This document shows positions 43,037 to 52,291 of a DNA stretch of 64,000 bases, piece after piece. The position numbers and the translations under genes were made by a program. The stretch is from an uncultured delta proteobacterium. GTDB taxonomy: Bacteria > Desulfobacterota > Desulfuromonadia > Desulfuromonadales > JACZKF01. Every line of letters begins with the position of its first letter. Within the stretch, counting starts at the first letter, position 1. The stretch covers positions 28,953-92,952 of the forward strand of contig CAWFKQ010000010.1 of NCBI GenBank assembly GCA_963816395.1, in the 5' to 3' direction. Below the pieces are notes generated by a model that saw nothing but the letters and a program-made list of their open reading frames with translations, searched no databases and was not told the origin of the DNA.

Positions 43037-43786
43037 GTGGGCCTGCGGCTGACGGTCACTCTGGCCAGCCTGGGGTTGATCGTCAGCGGCGGCCTGCTGC
43101 TCACCCGGCTGCTTTTCGCTTCCGACTACTTTCGCATCGAGGACGTCCAGGTAGAAAACAATCAGCGAGTGAGTGCAGAGGAAGTGGTGGATCTTTCGGA
43201 AATCGAGCGGGGCAGCAGTATCTTCAACCTCGATCTCCAGGCGATCGGCCACAAGATCGAGGAGAATCCCTGGATCGCCGCCGCCCAAGTCGAGCGGGTT
43301 TTCCCCCGGCAGGTGGTCATACGGCTGACGGAGAGGGTGCCGCGGGCAGTGATCAATCTCGGCTATCTCTATTATGTCGATGCCTCGGGCGAGGTTTTTA
43401 AGATGCTGGAACCAGGCGATAGGCTCGATTATCCGGTGATGACCGGTATCGAACGTAAGTTCCTGCTGGAAAAACCGGCCGAGGCCCGCCGCCTGCTGGC
43501 GGACGCCGTTTCCCTCCTCGGGGAACTGGCCGGACGCCGCCGCTTCACGGTGAAGGACGTTTCGGAACTGCGTTACGACCAGGACGACGGATTCATGCTG
43601 ACCACCATGACCGGCGGCGTGCCGATCCGGCTGGGATTCGGCAATTTCGCCGGCAAGCTGGACCGCCTGGAGAGTATTTATCCGGAGCTGCAGACGCGCC
43701 TGGCGATCCTCAAATACATTGATCTGAATGTGACCGACCGGGTTATCGTCCGGGTCGAAAGCAAATTTGCACCGGGAAACAGTTAA
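43037..43786 (+). CDS. ftsQ: Cell division protein FtsQ (N-terminus uncertain)
   Basis: TM segment plus POTRA/FtsQ domain (FRIEDVQVENNQRVSAEEV...). The same frame is open back to 42956 and encodes a basic tail (KGNRRRKKTSPRDWKKVFR) with no start codon. GTG 42943 lies in another frame, so there may be a further frameshift near 42970 with the true start at 42943. Confidence 0.8.
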   Translation: MGLRLTVTLASLGLIVSGGLLLTRLLFASDYFRIEDVQVENNQRVSAEEVVDLSEIERGSSIFNLDLQAIGHKIEENPWIAAAQVERVFPRQVVIRLTERVPRAVINLGYLYYVDASGEVFKMLEPGDRLDYPVMTGIERKFLLEKPAEARRLLADAVSLLGELAGRRRFTVKDVSELRYDQDDGFMLTTMTGGVPIRLGFGNFAGKLDRLESIYPELQTRLAILKYIDLNVTDRVIVRVESKFAPGNS

Positions 43787-43807
43787 ATATGCAGGAAAGG
43801 GAGGAAG

Positions 43808-45037
43808 ATGGCCAGCAAGAGAGATAACCTGATTGTCGGGCTGGATATCGGTACCACCAAAATCTGCGCCATCGTCGGCAATCTTACCGAGGATGGCCTG
43901 GATATAGTCGGAATCGGTACCAGCCCTTCCAAGGGGCTGCGCAAAGGGGTGGTGATCAACATCGAGGCCACCGTCGGCGCCATCCGCAAAGCCCTGCAGG
44001 AGGCCGAGCTGATGGCCGGCTGTGAGATCAAGTCGGTTTTCGCCGGGATCGCTGGCGGGCACATCAAGGGATTCAATTCCCAGGGGGTGATCGCCATCAA
44101 GAACCGGGAGGTGAACAACGACGACATCCGGCGGGTGATCGATGCCGCCAAGGCGATCGCCATCCCGATGGACCGGGAAGTGATCCATATCCTCCCCCAG
44201 GAATTCATCATCGACGATCAGGACGGCATCAAGGAGCCGCTGGGGATGAGCGGGGTGCGCCTGGAAGCCAAGGTGCATATCGTCACCGGGGCGGTGGCCA
44301 GCGCCCAGAACATCATCAAGAGCTGCAACCGGGCGGAGGTCGACGTGGCCGATATCGTCCTTGAGCAGCTCGCTTCCTCGGAGGCAACCCTGACCCCGGA
44401 CGAGAAGGAACTGGGGGTGGCCCTGATCGACATCGGCGGCGGCACCACCGACCTCGCCATCTATATCGATGGGGCGATCAAACACACCGCCGTTCTTTCC
44501 CTTGGCGGAAATCATCTGACCAACGACATCGCCGTCGGTCTGCGCACGCCAATGGCCGAGGCCGAGAAGATCAAACATGCCTACGGCTGCTGCCTGACCT
44601 CCATGGTCGGCAAGGACGAGACAATCGAGGTCCCCTCGGTCGGCGGCCGCGAGCCGCGCATCCTCTCCCGGCAGCTGTTGGCCGAAATACTGGAACCGCG
44701 GGTCGAGGAGATCTTCACCCTGGTCAACCGGGAGATCGTCAAAAGCGGCTTTGAGGACCTGATCGCCTCCGGAGTGGTGATCACCGGCGGCACCTCGATT
44801 CTGCCTGGGATGCCGGAGCTGGCCGAGCAGATCTTCAACCTGCCGGTGCGCCGGGGGGTGCCGCGGGACATCGGCGGCCTGATCGACGTGGTCAACTCTC
44901 CCGTCTATGCAACCGGCGTGGGGCTGGTCAAGTACGGCAGCCGCAACCTGCAGTCGCGCAATTTCACCATTGGCCAGGAACATATCTTCGACCGGGTGGT
45001 CCGGCGAATGAAGGAATGGTTTGGCGAGTTTTTCTGA
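43808..45037 (+). CDS. ftsA: Cell division protein FtsA
   Basis: Actin-like ATPase: [15 protein letters not shown] and [13 protein letters not shown]. Confidence 0.95.
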   Translation: MASKRDNLIVGLDIGTTKICAIVGNLTEDGLDIVGIGTSPSKGLRKGVVINIEATVGAIRKALQEAELMAGCEIKSVFAGIAGGHIKGFNSQGVIAIKNREVNNDDIRRVIDAAKAIAIPMDREVIHILPQEFIIDDQDGIKEPLGMSGVRLEAKVHIVTGAVASAQNIIKSCNRAEVDVADIVLEQLASSEATLTPDEKELGVALIDIGGGTTDLAIYIDGAIKHTAVLSLGGNHLTNDIAVGLRTPMAEAEKIKHAYGCCLTSMVGKDETIEVPSVGGREPRILSRQLLAEILEPRVEEIFTLVNREIVKSGFEDLIASGVVITGGTSILPGMPELAEQIFNLPVRRGVPRDIGGLIDVVNSPVYATGVGLVKYGSRNLQSRNFTIGQEHIFDRVVRRMKEWFGEFF

Positions 45038-45095
45038 TTTGTTCACTCGGGACGGGGTGCGGAGACCTCATTCCAAACTGCGATCGGAGGGTACC

Positions 45096-46241
45096 ATGTT
45101 CGAATTCGATGAGAGTATTGATCAAAAGGCGAAAATCAAGGTCATCGGCATCGGCGGCGGCGGCGGCAATGCGGTCAATACGATGATCCAGTCGAACGTC
45201 GAGGGAGTGGAGTTCATCACTGCCAACACCGATGCCCAGGCGCTGAAGAACAACCGCGCGCCGCTGAAGCTGCAGCTCGGTCCCAAGCTGACCAAGGGGT
45301 TGGGCGCCGGCGCCAGCCCGGAGGTTGGCCGGGAGGCTGCACTCGAGGACCGGGCGCGGCTGGCGGAGGTCCTGACCGGCGCCGACATGGTGTTTATCGC
45401 TGCCGGCATGGGGGGCGGCACGGGCACCGGAGCGGCGCCGGTGATCGCCGAGGTGGCCAAGGAGGTCGGTGCGCTGACTGTCGGCGTGGTGACTAAACCC
45501 TTTTCCCGCGAGGGACGGCAGCGCATGAAGAAGGCCGAGGAGGGGGTAGCCGCTCTGCGGGATATGGTCGATTCCCTGATCGTCATCCCGAACGACAGGC
45601 TGCTCGGCCTGGCCGGCAAGAACATGAGTATTGTCGATGCCTTCAAACCGGCGGACGATGTGCTGCGGCAGGCGGTGCAGGGGATTTCCGACCTGATCAC
45701 GACCGAGGGGATGATCAACGTCGACTTCGCCGACGTCAAGGCGATCATGAGCGAGCGCGGCATGGCGATGATGGGCATCGGTCTCGGCGAAGGGGACCGT
45801 CGTGCCACCGCAGCAGCGCAGCAGGCAATCAGCAGCCCTCTGCTGGAGGACATCGACATCTCCGGCGCCCGCGGAGTGCTGGTGAACATCACCGGCTCCA
45901 GCAGCATGACGCTGGAGGACTTCGACGAAGTCTCCCGGGTCATCCACGAGAAGGTGCACGAGGACGCCAATATCATCATTGGCCTGGTGATCAACGAGGA
46001 CATGGGCGAGCGCATCAAGGTGACCGCCATCGCTACCGGTTTTGGCGCCACCTTCGAGAAGGGGAAGCGGGGAGTGGGGGAGTTGAAGACGTTGGCGGCG
46101 GCCCCGTCCGGAAAAGTGGACCGCGATCTGCCGACCTTCATCCGCGAGCGGCAGAAGGAGTCCCCCCGCGCTTTCCGCGCCGCGCTGGGGGAAGAGGAGG
46201 AATACGACATCCCCACCTTCCTGCGCAAGCGCGTCGACTAG
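45096..46241 (+). CDS. ftsZ: Cell division protein FtsZ
   Basis: [17 protein letters not shown] and the [18 protein letters not shown] tubulin signature. ATG at 45096 follows GGAGGG. Confidence 0.97.
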   Translation: MFEFDESIDQKAKIKVIGIGGGGGNAVNTMIQSNVEGVEFITANTDAQALKNNRAPLKLQLGPKLTKGLGAGASPEVGREAALEDRARLAEVLTGADMVFIAAGMGGGTGTGAAPVIAEVAKEVGALTVGVVTKPFSREGRQRMKKAEEGVAALRDMVDSLIVIPNDRLLGLAGKNMSIVDAFKPADDVLRQAVQGISDLITTEGMINVDFADVKAIMSERGMAMMGIGLGEGDRRATAAAQQAISSPLLEDIDISGARGVLVNITGSSSMTLEDFDEVSRVIHEKVHEDANIIIGLVINEDMGERIKVTAIATGFGATFEKGKRGVGELKTLAAAPSGKVDRDLPTFIRERQKESPRAFRAALGEEEEYDIPTFLRKRVD

Positions 46242-46374
46242 CGCCTGCCGGATAAGGGCGGCAGCCGCCCCTGCCGGCCTTTCGGCCGGCGGCCCCGAAT
46301 GCCGGTTCTCCGCCCGGCGAGCGGGGTTGCGGGAGTGATTGCCCCCGAGTGGCCCGTAGTCCCTCCGTTCGCAG

Positions 46375-46403
46375 GGGACCGCCTGGTGCGGTCCCTTTTC
46401 TTT
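46375..46403 (+). terminator. Rho-independent terminator at the end of the dcw cluster
   Basis: gggaccgc-ctggt-gcggtccc followed by ttttcttt, about 130 nt after the ftsZ stop. Several GC hairpins precede it. Confidence 0.75.
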
Positions 46404-46509
46404 AGCGGCATAAACCAGCCTTGAACGAAGAGAGACCCCACACCCTCTTCCCCTTACCCCCCCTTGTCCTGCTAAAATGACCCATGACGAATGATCTGAG
46501 AGGTGAACG

Positions 46510-46752
46510 ATGAAGATCGAGATCCTGGGCGACGAGTGTAAAAAATGCCGGATTCTTTACGACAATGTTCTGCAGGCGGTGGCGGAAAGCGGCTGGCAGG
46601 TGGAGATCGTGCGGACCAATGCCCCCGATATCCTGGCCGGTTATGGCGTCCGCTCTCTCCCCGGGCTGGTAATCGACGGGGTACTGCAGTCTACCGGCAA
46701 GTTCCTGTCGGTTGGCCAGATCAGGGATCTGCTCGAACGGAATTCTTCCTGA
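46510..46752 (+). CDS. Small thioredoxin-fold protein (glutaredoxin-like, CxxC)
   Basis: 80 aa: MKIEILGDECKKCRILYDNV...LPGLVIDG. CKKC active-site pattern near the N-terminus. Confidence 0.7.
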   Translation: MKIEILGDECKKCRILYDNVLQAVAESGWQVEIVRTNAPDILAGYGVRSLPGLVIDGVLQSTGKFLSVGQIRDLLERNSS

Positions 46753-46841
46753 GTTAGCGGACGGGTACTTTCCTTCTTCCCCTTGTGCATAAATCAGGCG
46801 TTCTGCTGAGAGCGCGACAACTTCCCTAAGGCACTGAACCC

Positions 46842-48564
46842 ATGTCCCGTAAGCTGATCGAAAAAGCCCGTCGCCGCCTGGAGAACGAATCCGGGACCCG
46901 CGCCAATCCCTGGGGGGGGCGGCTGGCAGTCGCCCTGGTCTATCCCAACACCTACCATCAGGCGATGAGCAATCTGGGATTTCTCTCCGTCTTTCATCTG
47001 CTGAACAACCGGCCGGACACTCTGTGCGAGCGTTTTTTCCTCCCTGACGCCGAGGATCTGGCCGAGCACCGCAAGACCGGCTATCCTCTTTTCTCCCTCG
47101 ACTCCGGCCGCTCCCTGACCGACTTCGACGTCATCGCCTTCTCCCTCTCGTTTGAGAATGATTACGTGAATCTGCCGGTCATCTTCGACCTGGCCCGTCT
47201 GCCCCTGTTTGCCAGTGAACGCGCAGAGCGCTTTCCACCGCTGCTGGCCGGCGGCGTCTGCGCTTTTCTCAATCCGGAACCGCTGGCCGAAATCATGGAT
47301 CTGTTCGCCATAGGAGAGGCCGAGGCGATCCTGCCGCAACTGCTGCCGGCCCTGGCGGCCGATGCCCCGCGTTCGGAACTGCTGCGCCGCCTGGCCCGCC
47401 TGCCGGGAATCTATGTCCCATCTCTATACCAGGTCGACTACCGGCAGGATGGCACATTGGCCGGCAGCCGGCCGACTTCCGGGGCGCCGGCGCAGGTCGG
47501 CCGGCAGTGGCTGGATGATCTGGACACGGCAGAAACCCGCTCATTCGTCCTCACCGGCGAGACCGAGTTCGCCGATATGGCGTTGACCGAGGTCTCCCGC
47601 GGCTGTTCCCGCGGCTGCCGCTTCTGCGCCGCAGGATTTCTTTACCTGCCGCCGCGCGAACGCAGCCTGGAACGGCTGTTGCCGCAGATCGAGGATGGCT
47701 TCTGCAGCCGGCAGAAACAGGGGCTGGTCGGCGCCGCGGTCTCCGATTATTCCCACATGGGCGAGCTGACCGGCGCCATTCTGGAACGCGGCGGCAAAGT
47801 TTCGGTGGCCAGCCTGCGCATCGATTCGCTGGCGGCAGAAGACGTGCAGGCACTCCGCCAGTCCGGCCATAAGACCGATCGCCCTGGCCCCCGAGGCTGG
47901 CAGCCAGCGGCTGCGCGACCGCATCAACAAGGGGCTGAACGAAGAGCAGATCCTCGCCGCTGTCCGCCTGCTGGCGGAGGGGGAAATTCCCAATCTGAAG
48001 CTCTACTTTCTCATCGGGCTGCCAGGGGAGCAAGCCGAGGATATCGAGGAGCTGCTCGCCCTCACCGGCCGCTTGCGCGAGATCTGGCTGTCGATCCAGA
48101 AAAAGCAAGGGCGGTTGGGTTCCCTCACTCTGTCGGTCAATCCATTCATTCCCAAGCCATTTACCCCCTTCCAGTGGGAGGGGATGGATGGGGAGAAAAG
48201 CCTGACGGCCAAACTGCGGCGCTTGCGGGCCGGAGTTGCGCGGCTCCCCAACACCTCCCTGAACAGCGAGTCGGTGCGCGGCGCTGTTCTGCAGGCTTTC
48301 CTTTCCCGGGGGGACCGCCGCATCGGGGCGACGCTTCCCCTGCTCGCCGCCGGTGACAATCTGGCGACCGCCTGCCGGAAAACAGGCCTCGATCCCGCCT
48401 TCTACGTCACCCGTCAGCGGCAACAAGATGAGGTGTTCCCCTGGGAGGTTTTGAATAGCGGGGTGAGCCGGGACTATCTCTGGAGCGAGTGCCTGCACAG
48501 CCGCCGTGAGGAGCTCACTACCCGCTGCCTGCCGGGCTGCCGCCGCTGCGGCGTCTGCGGCTGA
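46842..48564 (+). pseudogene. B12-binding-domain radical SAM protein (TIGR03960-like); one frameshift as written
   Basis: Track ORF 46842..48356 is real up to ...LRQSGHKT, including ALVYPNTYHQAMSNLGFLSVFHLLN and the CSRGCRFC (CX3CX2C) cluster motif. Track ORF 48073..48564 frame continues IALAPEAGSQRLRDRINKGL... to ...CLPGCRRCGVCG*. Shift near 47878 (accGatcgcc). Confidence 0.78.
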
Positions 48565-48753
48565 TCCATTCCCACCCTGGTTTATCCAAGCCCTTAATAT
48601 TTAAAAAATTTAATAAGATCCTTGCGGCCCGCACATTCGCTGGTAGTGTTGTGTCCTATACTGCTTTGGTGTTCGTCCGCGGATACAAGGGGATTCGGGC
48701 CTTTCCGCGGGCGGGTACCGGGACCATTTCGGTGCATCTGCCAGGAGGACCCG

Positions 48754-50037
48754 ATGAGATACCGGCTGACGCCTGTCCCCAGTCTCCTCTGCCTGCTCGC
48801 CCTGTTGTTGTTCACCCCCGCCGTTCTCGCCGCCGCCGAATTCCGCCTGAGCTCCGATACCCTGTTGCGCGCCTTCGAGCGCAACGCCGGCGGCAGCGAG
48901 GATCTTTCCCTGCCGATTTATGAATACCTGCAGGCCGATGTCGGCGAACGGGGCGGATCGCCGCTCACCTTCCATCTCTACGGCTGGGGGCGGGTCGATG
49001 CCGCCGACAGCGATTACTTCGATGACAGCACCGCCGGCGAACTCCTCTACGGTTTTCTCGAATACGCCCATCCTGATACCAGCCTGGTGGCGAAGCTCGG
49101 CCGGCAGTACATCTTCGAGGGGGTCGCCCGAAACGAAAGCATCGATGGTCTGCGGATCAGTACCGATGTGACCAAGTTCTTTTCCGTCTCGGCTTACGGC
49201 GGCTGGCCGGTCGCTCTCGACTCGGAACAGGGGCGCAGCGGCGACAGCATCTTCGGCGGCCGGGTCGCCAACCACCTGGGCAACTTGTACGAAGTAGGCG
49301 TCTCCTACAAGAAGGTCGACAACGACGGCGATGAAGCCGAGCAGATGCTGGGGATCGATCTCTCCCTCTTCCTGCCGGCCGACCTGAGCGTCTCCGGTTT
49401 TTCTTCCTACAACCTGGAGAGCGACGGCTGGGGCGAGCACTCCTACGAACTTCGGGCCAGCCTCGGGCCGGTGCAGCTGCGGCCGTTCTTCCAGCGCTTC
49501 CGTTATGAGGACTATTTCAGCACCGGCGCCAATACCGGCGGCCCATTCCGTTTCCTGGACAATCTGGGGGAGACGTTGACCATTTTCGGCGCCGATGCGA
49601 CCTGGCAGAAGAGTGCCAGCTGGGAGCTCGGCCTGAAGGGGAAATACTACGATTATAAGGAATTGGGGAGCAATTCCGAATTCTTCTCGGGGCTGGCGAC
49701 CTGGCATGGGGAAGGACTGACCCAAATGGGGGGTGAACTCGGCCGCATGGAGGGGGACCGCGCTGAAAACGACTACGTCCTGGCGCGTGCCTACGTCTAC
49801 TGGGACAAGCTTCCGGCCAAGCGGCTGTTGCAGTTCGTTACCGGTGACCTCGTCTACGTTTACTACGACGAGAAGATCTTTGACGAAAATTCCTCATTTT
49901 TCCTTTCCCTGGGAGGCGGCCGCAAATTTCTGGGGGACAAACTGGAGATCAGGATCGCCGGGGACTACAGCAGTGATCCCTACTTCGACAACGACCTGCG
50001 CGGCTGGCTCCTGGCCAAATACACGTTCGAGCGCTGA
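48754..50037 (+). CDS. Putative outer-membrane beta-barrel (porin-like) protein
   Basis: ATG at 48754 follows AGGAGGA. Signal peptide MRYRLTPVPSLLCLLALLLFTPAVLAAAEF. No hydrophobic helices afterwards. Many short amphipathic Y/F/W/G-rich stretches and an aromatic C-terminal strand (WLLAKYTFER). Confidence 0.65.
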   Translation: MRYRLTPVPSLLCLLALLLFTPAVLAAAEFRLSSDTLLRAFERNAGGSEDLSLPIYEYLQADVGERGGSPLTFHLYGWGRVDAADSDYFDDSTAGELLYGFLEYAHPDTSLVAKLGRQYIFEGVARNESIDGLRISTDVTKFFSVSAYGGWPVALDSEQGRSGDSIFGGRVANHLGNLYEVGVSYKKVDNDGDEAEQMLGIDLSLFLPADLSVSGFSSYNLESDGWGEHSYELRASLGPVQLRPFFQRFRYEDYFSTGANTGGPFRFLDNLGETLTIFGADATWQKSASWELGLKGKYYDYKELGSNSEFFSGLATWHGEGLTQMGGELGRMEGDRAENDYVLARAYVYWDKLPAKRLLQFVTGDLVYVYYDEKIFDENSSFFLSLGGGRKFLGDKLEIRIAGDYSSDPYFDNDLRGWLLAKYTFER

Positions 50038-50071
50038 TTCCCTGTATTTATCATTGATCAGGAGTTGAGAT

Positions 50072-50689
50072 ATGGCGAAAAAAGGCGTGACCGCAACGAT
50101 CATTCTGCTTCTCTCCCTGGCCTTCCTGGCCGCCTGCGCCACCCTGAAGGGAGGGTTCCAGGTGCCGGCGCAACACCCGGAGGAACTCGGTAAGGGCCGG
50201 CCGACCTGCACCGAGTGCCACGATGCGCGCACCGAGGAGTTCAATTACGGGCAGTACGTCCATACTGTTGATTGGATGAATACCCATCGTCAGCAGGCCT
50301 ACCAGGGGGAACAGGTGTGCCGCATGTGCCACCAGACCAGCTTCTGCAACGACTGTCATGCCACCCGGGTGGAGCTCAAACCCTCGGTTCGGAACGAGAC
50401 GGAGAATTATCGCCGCATGCCGCACCGGGGCGATTACCTCACCCGGCACCGGATCGACGGCCGGGTCGATCCGACCTCCTGCTTCCGCTGTCACGGCAAT
50501 CCCAAGGCAGCACGGACCTGCGCCCCCTGCCATCCTTCAGGTGATGAAAAACGCCCATCTGCGGCGTTGCCCTCATCCTTCGTCAACGACGTACCTTCAG
50601 GTACGTCTTACTCCTCAGGATTTCGGGCGCCTTGCATCTGGACATTTTTGCTCAGCCTGAGAGAAGAGAGATTTTCAACAACGTTTTGA
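50072..50689 (+). CDS. Lipoprotein pentahaem c-type cytochrome
   Basis: Lipobox LAFLAAC. Five CXXCH motifs (CTECH, CRMCH, CNDCH, CFRCH, CAPCH). The 49 codons after the last haem site include 18 codons supplied by the 54-bp repeat, so the true C-terminus is uncertain. Confidence 0.8.
   Translation: MAKKGVTATIILLLSLAFLAACATLKGGFQVPAQHPEELGKGRPTCTECHDARTEEFNYGQYVHTVDWMNTHRQQAYQGEQVCRMCHQTSFCNDCHATRVELKPSVRNETENYRRMPHRGDYLTRHRIDGRVDPTSCFRCHGNPKAARTCAPCHPSGDEKRPSAALPSSFVNDVPSGTSYSSGFRAPCIWTFLLSLREERFSTTF
50543..50596 (+). repeat. 54-bp repeat element, copy B (forward orientation), inside the 3' end of the pentahaem cytochrome ORF
   Basis: Identical to the reverse complement of 34612-34665. Followed by the perfect hairpin gacgtacc-ttca-ggtacgtc (50588-50607), whose 5' arm is part of the repeat. 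Confidence 0.9.
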
Positions 50690-50696
50690 GGAGGGA

Positions 50697-51563
50697 ATGA
50701 TGACATCCAGAGTTCCGCTGCTGCTCTGCCTTCTTCTGACGGCACTGATCGCCGGCGGCTGCGCCGACAGTAATTCTGGCGCCCCCGAGGTCGACCAGGC
50801 GCACCCGACCGGCTGGGTCATCGGCCATGCCGCTGAGGCCCGCGACAACCAGACGCGATGCCAGTTCTGCCACGGGGCGGACTTCCGCGGAAACAAGGAG
50901 GCGGTCAGCTGCTTCAGCTGCCACCTGGAAGGGCCGCCGCAGGTAGCCCAATTCCACATCCACCCGATCAGCTGGACCAGCGGCACGACGGTCATCGCCG
51001 CCCACCAGAATTTCCCCAGAAATTTCAGCTGGACCCAGTGCGGCAACGCCGCCTGTCACGGGCCAACGCTGCATGGCGGGATCGCGGGTCCGAGCTGCTT
51101 CCTGGCCGCCTGCCATGCCGGCGGGCCGCCGGCGCCGGCCTTCCACACCAACCTCTTTATCCAGCCGCAGAATCACGGGGCGCTGGCCAAGAATGAGCAG
51201 ATCTTCTGCCGCAACTGCCATGGCCGGCCGCCCTTCTTCTTCGACGGCGGCTATGTCGCCGATCCTGCCATCGGCAACCACCCCCCCGGCAACTGCTCCC
51301 TGGCCTTCTGCCATCCGGCCGCCATGGCGCACCCGACCAACTGGCAGGGGACGGACGACACCGACAGCGACGGCTATCTCGCCACCCACCGCACCATTAT
51401 CCCCTCGGCGGTCCCCGGCGGCTGCGTTCTCTGCCACCAGACCAGTCCCGGCGGCGCGAGCCCTCTGCCCGCGGCGCCGAGCTGCTTCACCGGTCAGTTC
51501 ACCAATGCGGCCGGCAATACCACCGGCTGCCATCCCGGTGGACCATCCATCCTGACTCCCTGA
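50697..51563 (+). CDS. Lipoprotein multihaem c-type cytochrome with CXXCH and CX4CH motifs
   Basis: Lipobox LIAGGC. CQFCH, CFSCH, CRNCH, CVLCH, plus CGNAACH, CFLAACH, CSLAFCH (CX4CH) and one C-X14-CH near the C-terminus. ATG follows GAGGAGGG. Confidence 0.8.
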   Translation: MMTSRVPLLLCLLLTALIAGGCADSNSGAPEVDQAHPTGWVIGHAAEARDNQTRCQFCHGADFRGNKEAVSCFSCHLEGPPQVAQFHIHPISWTSGTTVIAAHQNFPRNFSWTQCGNAACHGPTLHGGIAGPSCFLAACHAGGPPAPAFHTNLFIQPQNHGALAKNEQIFCRNCHGRPPFFFDGGYVADPAIGNHPPGNCSLAFCHPAAMAHPTNWQGTDDTDSDGYLATHRTIIPSAVPGGCVLCHQTSPGGASPLPAAPSCFTGQFTNAAGNTTGCHPGGPSILTP

Positions 51564-51583
51564 GCGATTCCCGTGATTGATTT

Positions 51584-51623
51584 GCGCCCGCCGCCTTGAC
51601 AGGCGGCGGGCGCTGGCTACAAT
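51584..51623 (+). promoter_or_regulatory. 12-bp perfect hairpin whose loop is the -35 box of a sigma70-type promoter for tpx
   Basis: gcgcccgccgcc-TTGACA-ggcggcgggcgc (51584-51613). TTGACA (51596-51601), 16-nt spacer, TACAAT (51618-51623), 44 nt before the tpx ATG. Confidence 0.55.
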
Positions 51624-51666
51624 TAATGACCGTAGCGATGATCATTTAACAAAAGGAGGATTGCCA

Positions 51667-52188
51667 ATGCAGACCCGCGAAAAACCCGGTGCCGTCACCT
51701 TCAAAGGGAACCCCATGACTCTGCTGGGCGAGGATGTGCTGGTGGGGAGTGAGGCGCCCGAGTTCCGGGTGGTGAACACCGACCTGCAGCCGGTGGCCCT
51801 GAAAGACTCGGCCGGCAAGGTGCGCCTGATTACCGTCGTGCCCTCCCTCGACACCGGGGTGTGCGATACCATGACCCGCAAGTTCAACGAAAAGGCAGCT
51901 CAGCTCCCGGAGGATGCGGTCGTCTACACGGTCAGCGTCGACCTTCCCTTCGCACAGAAGCGCTGGTGCGGCAATGCCGGGATCGATAAGGTGAAGACCC
52001 TCTCCGACTACCAGGATCGCTCCTTCGGCCTCAACTACGGGGTGTTGATCAAGGAGCTGAAGCTGCTCGCCCGTTCGGTCTTCGTCATTGACCGGCAGGG
52101 GAAGGTCGCCTATCGGGAGATCGTCCCCGAGGTGACGCAGGAGCCCGATTACGAGGCGGCGCTGGCGGCGGTGAAGAAGCTTCTCTGA
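51667..52188 (+). CDS. tpx: Thiol peroxidase (atypical 2-Cys peroxiredoxin)
   Basis: VVPSLDTGVCDTMTRKFN (peroxidatic Cys) and a resolving Cys in QKRWCG. ATG at 51667 follows AAAGGAGGA. Confidence 0.92.
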   Translation: MQTREKPGAVTFKGNPMTLLGEDVLVGSEAPEFRVVNTDLQPVALKDSAGKVRLITVVPSLDTGVCDTMTRKFNEKAAQLPEDAVVYTVSVDLPFAQKRWCGNAGIDKVKTLSDYQDRSFGLNYGVLIKELKLLARSVFVIDRQGKVAYREIVPEVTQEPDYEAALAAVKKLL

Positions 52189-52218
52189 TTCTCGCGGGCA
52201 AAGTCCGCTCCAGACAGC

Positions 52219-52254
52219 AAAAAGCCTCCAGGTTGCATGACCTGGAGGCTTTGT
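52219..52254. terminator. Bidirectional intrinsic terminator between tpx and tatA
   Basis: aaagcctccagg-ttgcatga-cctggaggcttt: 12-bp perfect stem flanked by A and T runs. Confidence 0.8.
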
Positions 52255-52291
52255 CGTATGCCCTACGGACCGGAGGACTTGGGCCGGCAGT

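Noticed and set aside
42869-45046. 725-aa ORF on the minus strand. Similar long antisense ORFs occur at 38250..40358 (-), 31234..33114 (-), 6687..8348 (-), 8429..9511 (-), 58527..60569 (+), 55477..57219 (+), 1131..2222 (+) and 54..683 (+).
   Set aside because: Each lies exactly opposite a well-supported conserved gene (ftsQ/ftsA, murG/murC, murE, purH, purD, selB, the OYE gene, thiC, speD). Their translations are Arg/Gly/Pro/His-rich low-complexity sequences with no motifs. These are typical shadow ORFs of GC-rich DNA with few stop codons.
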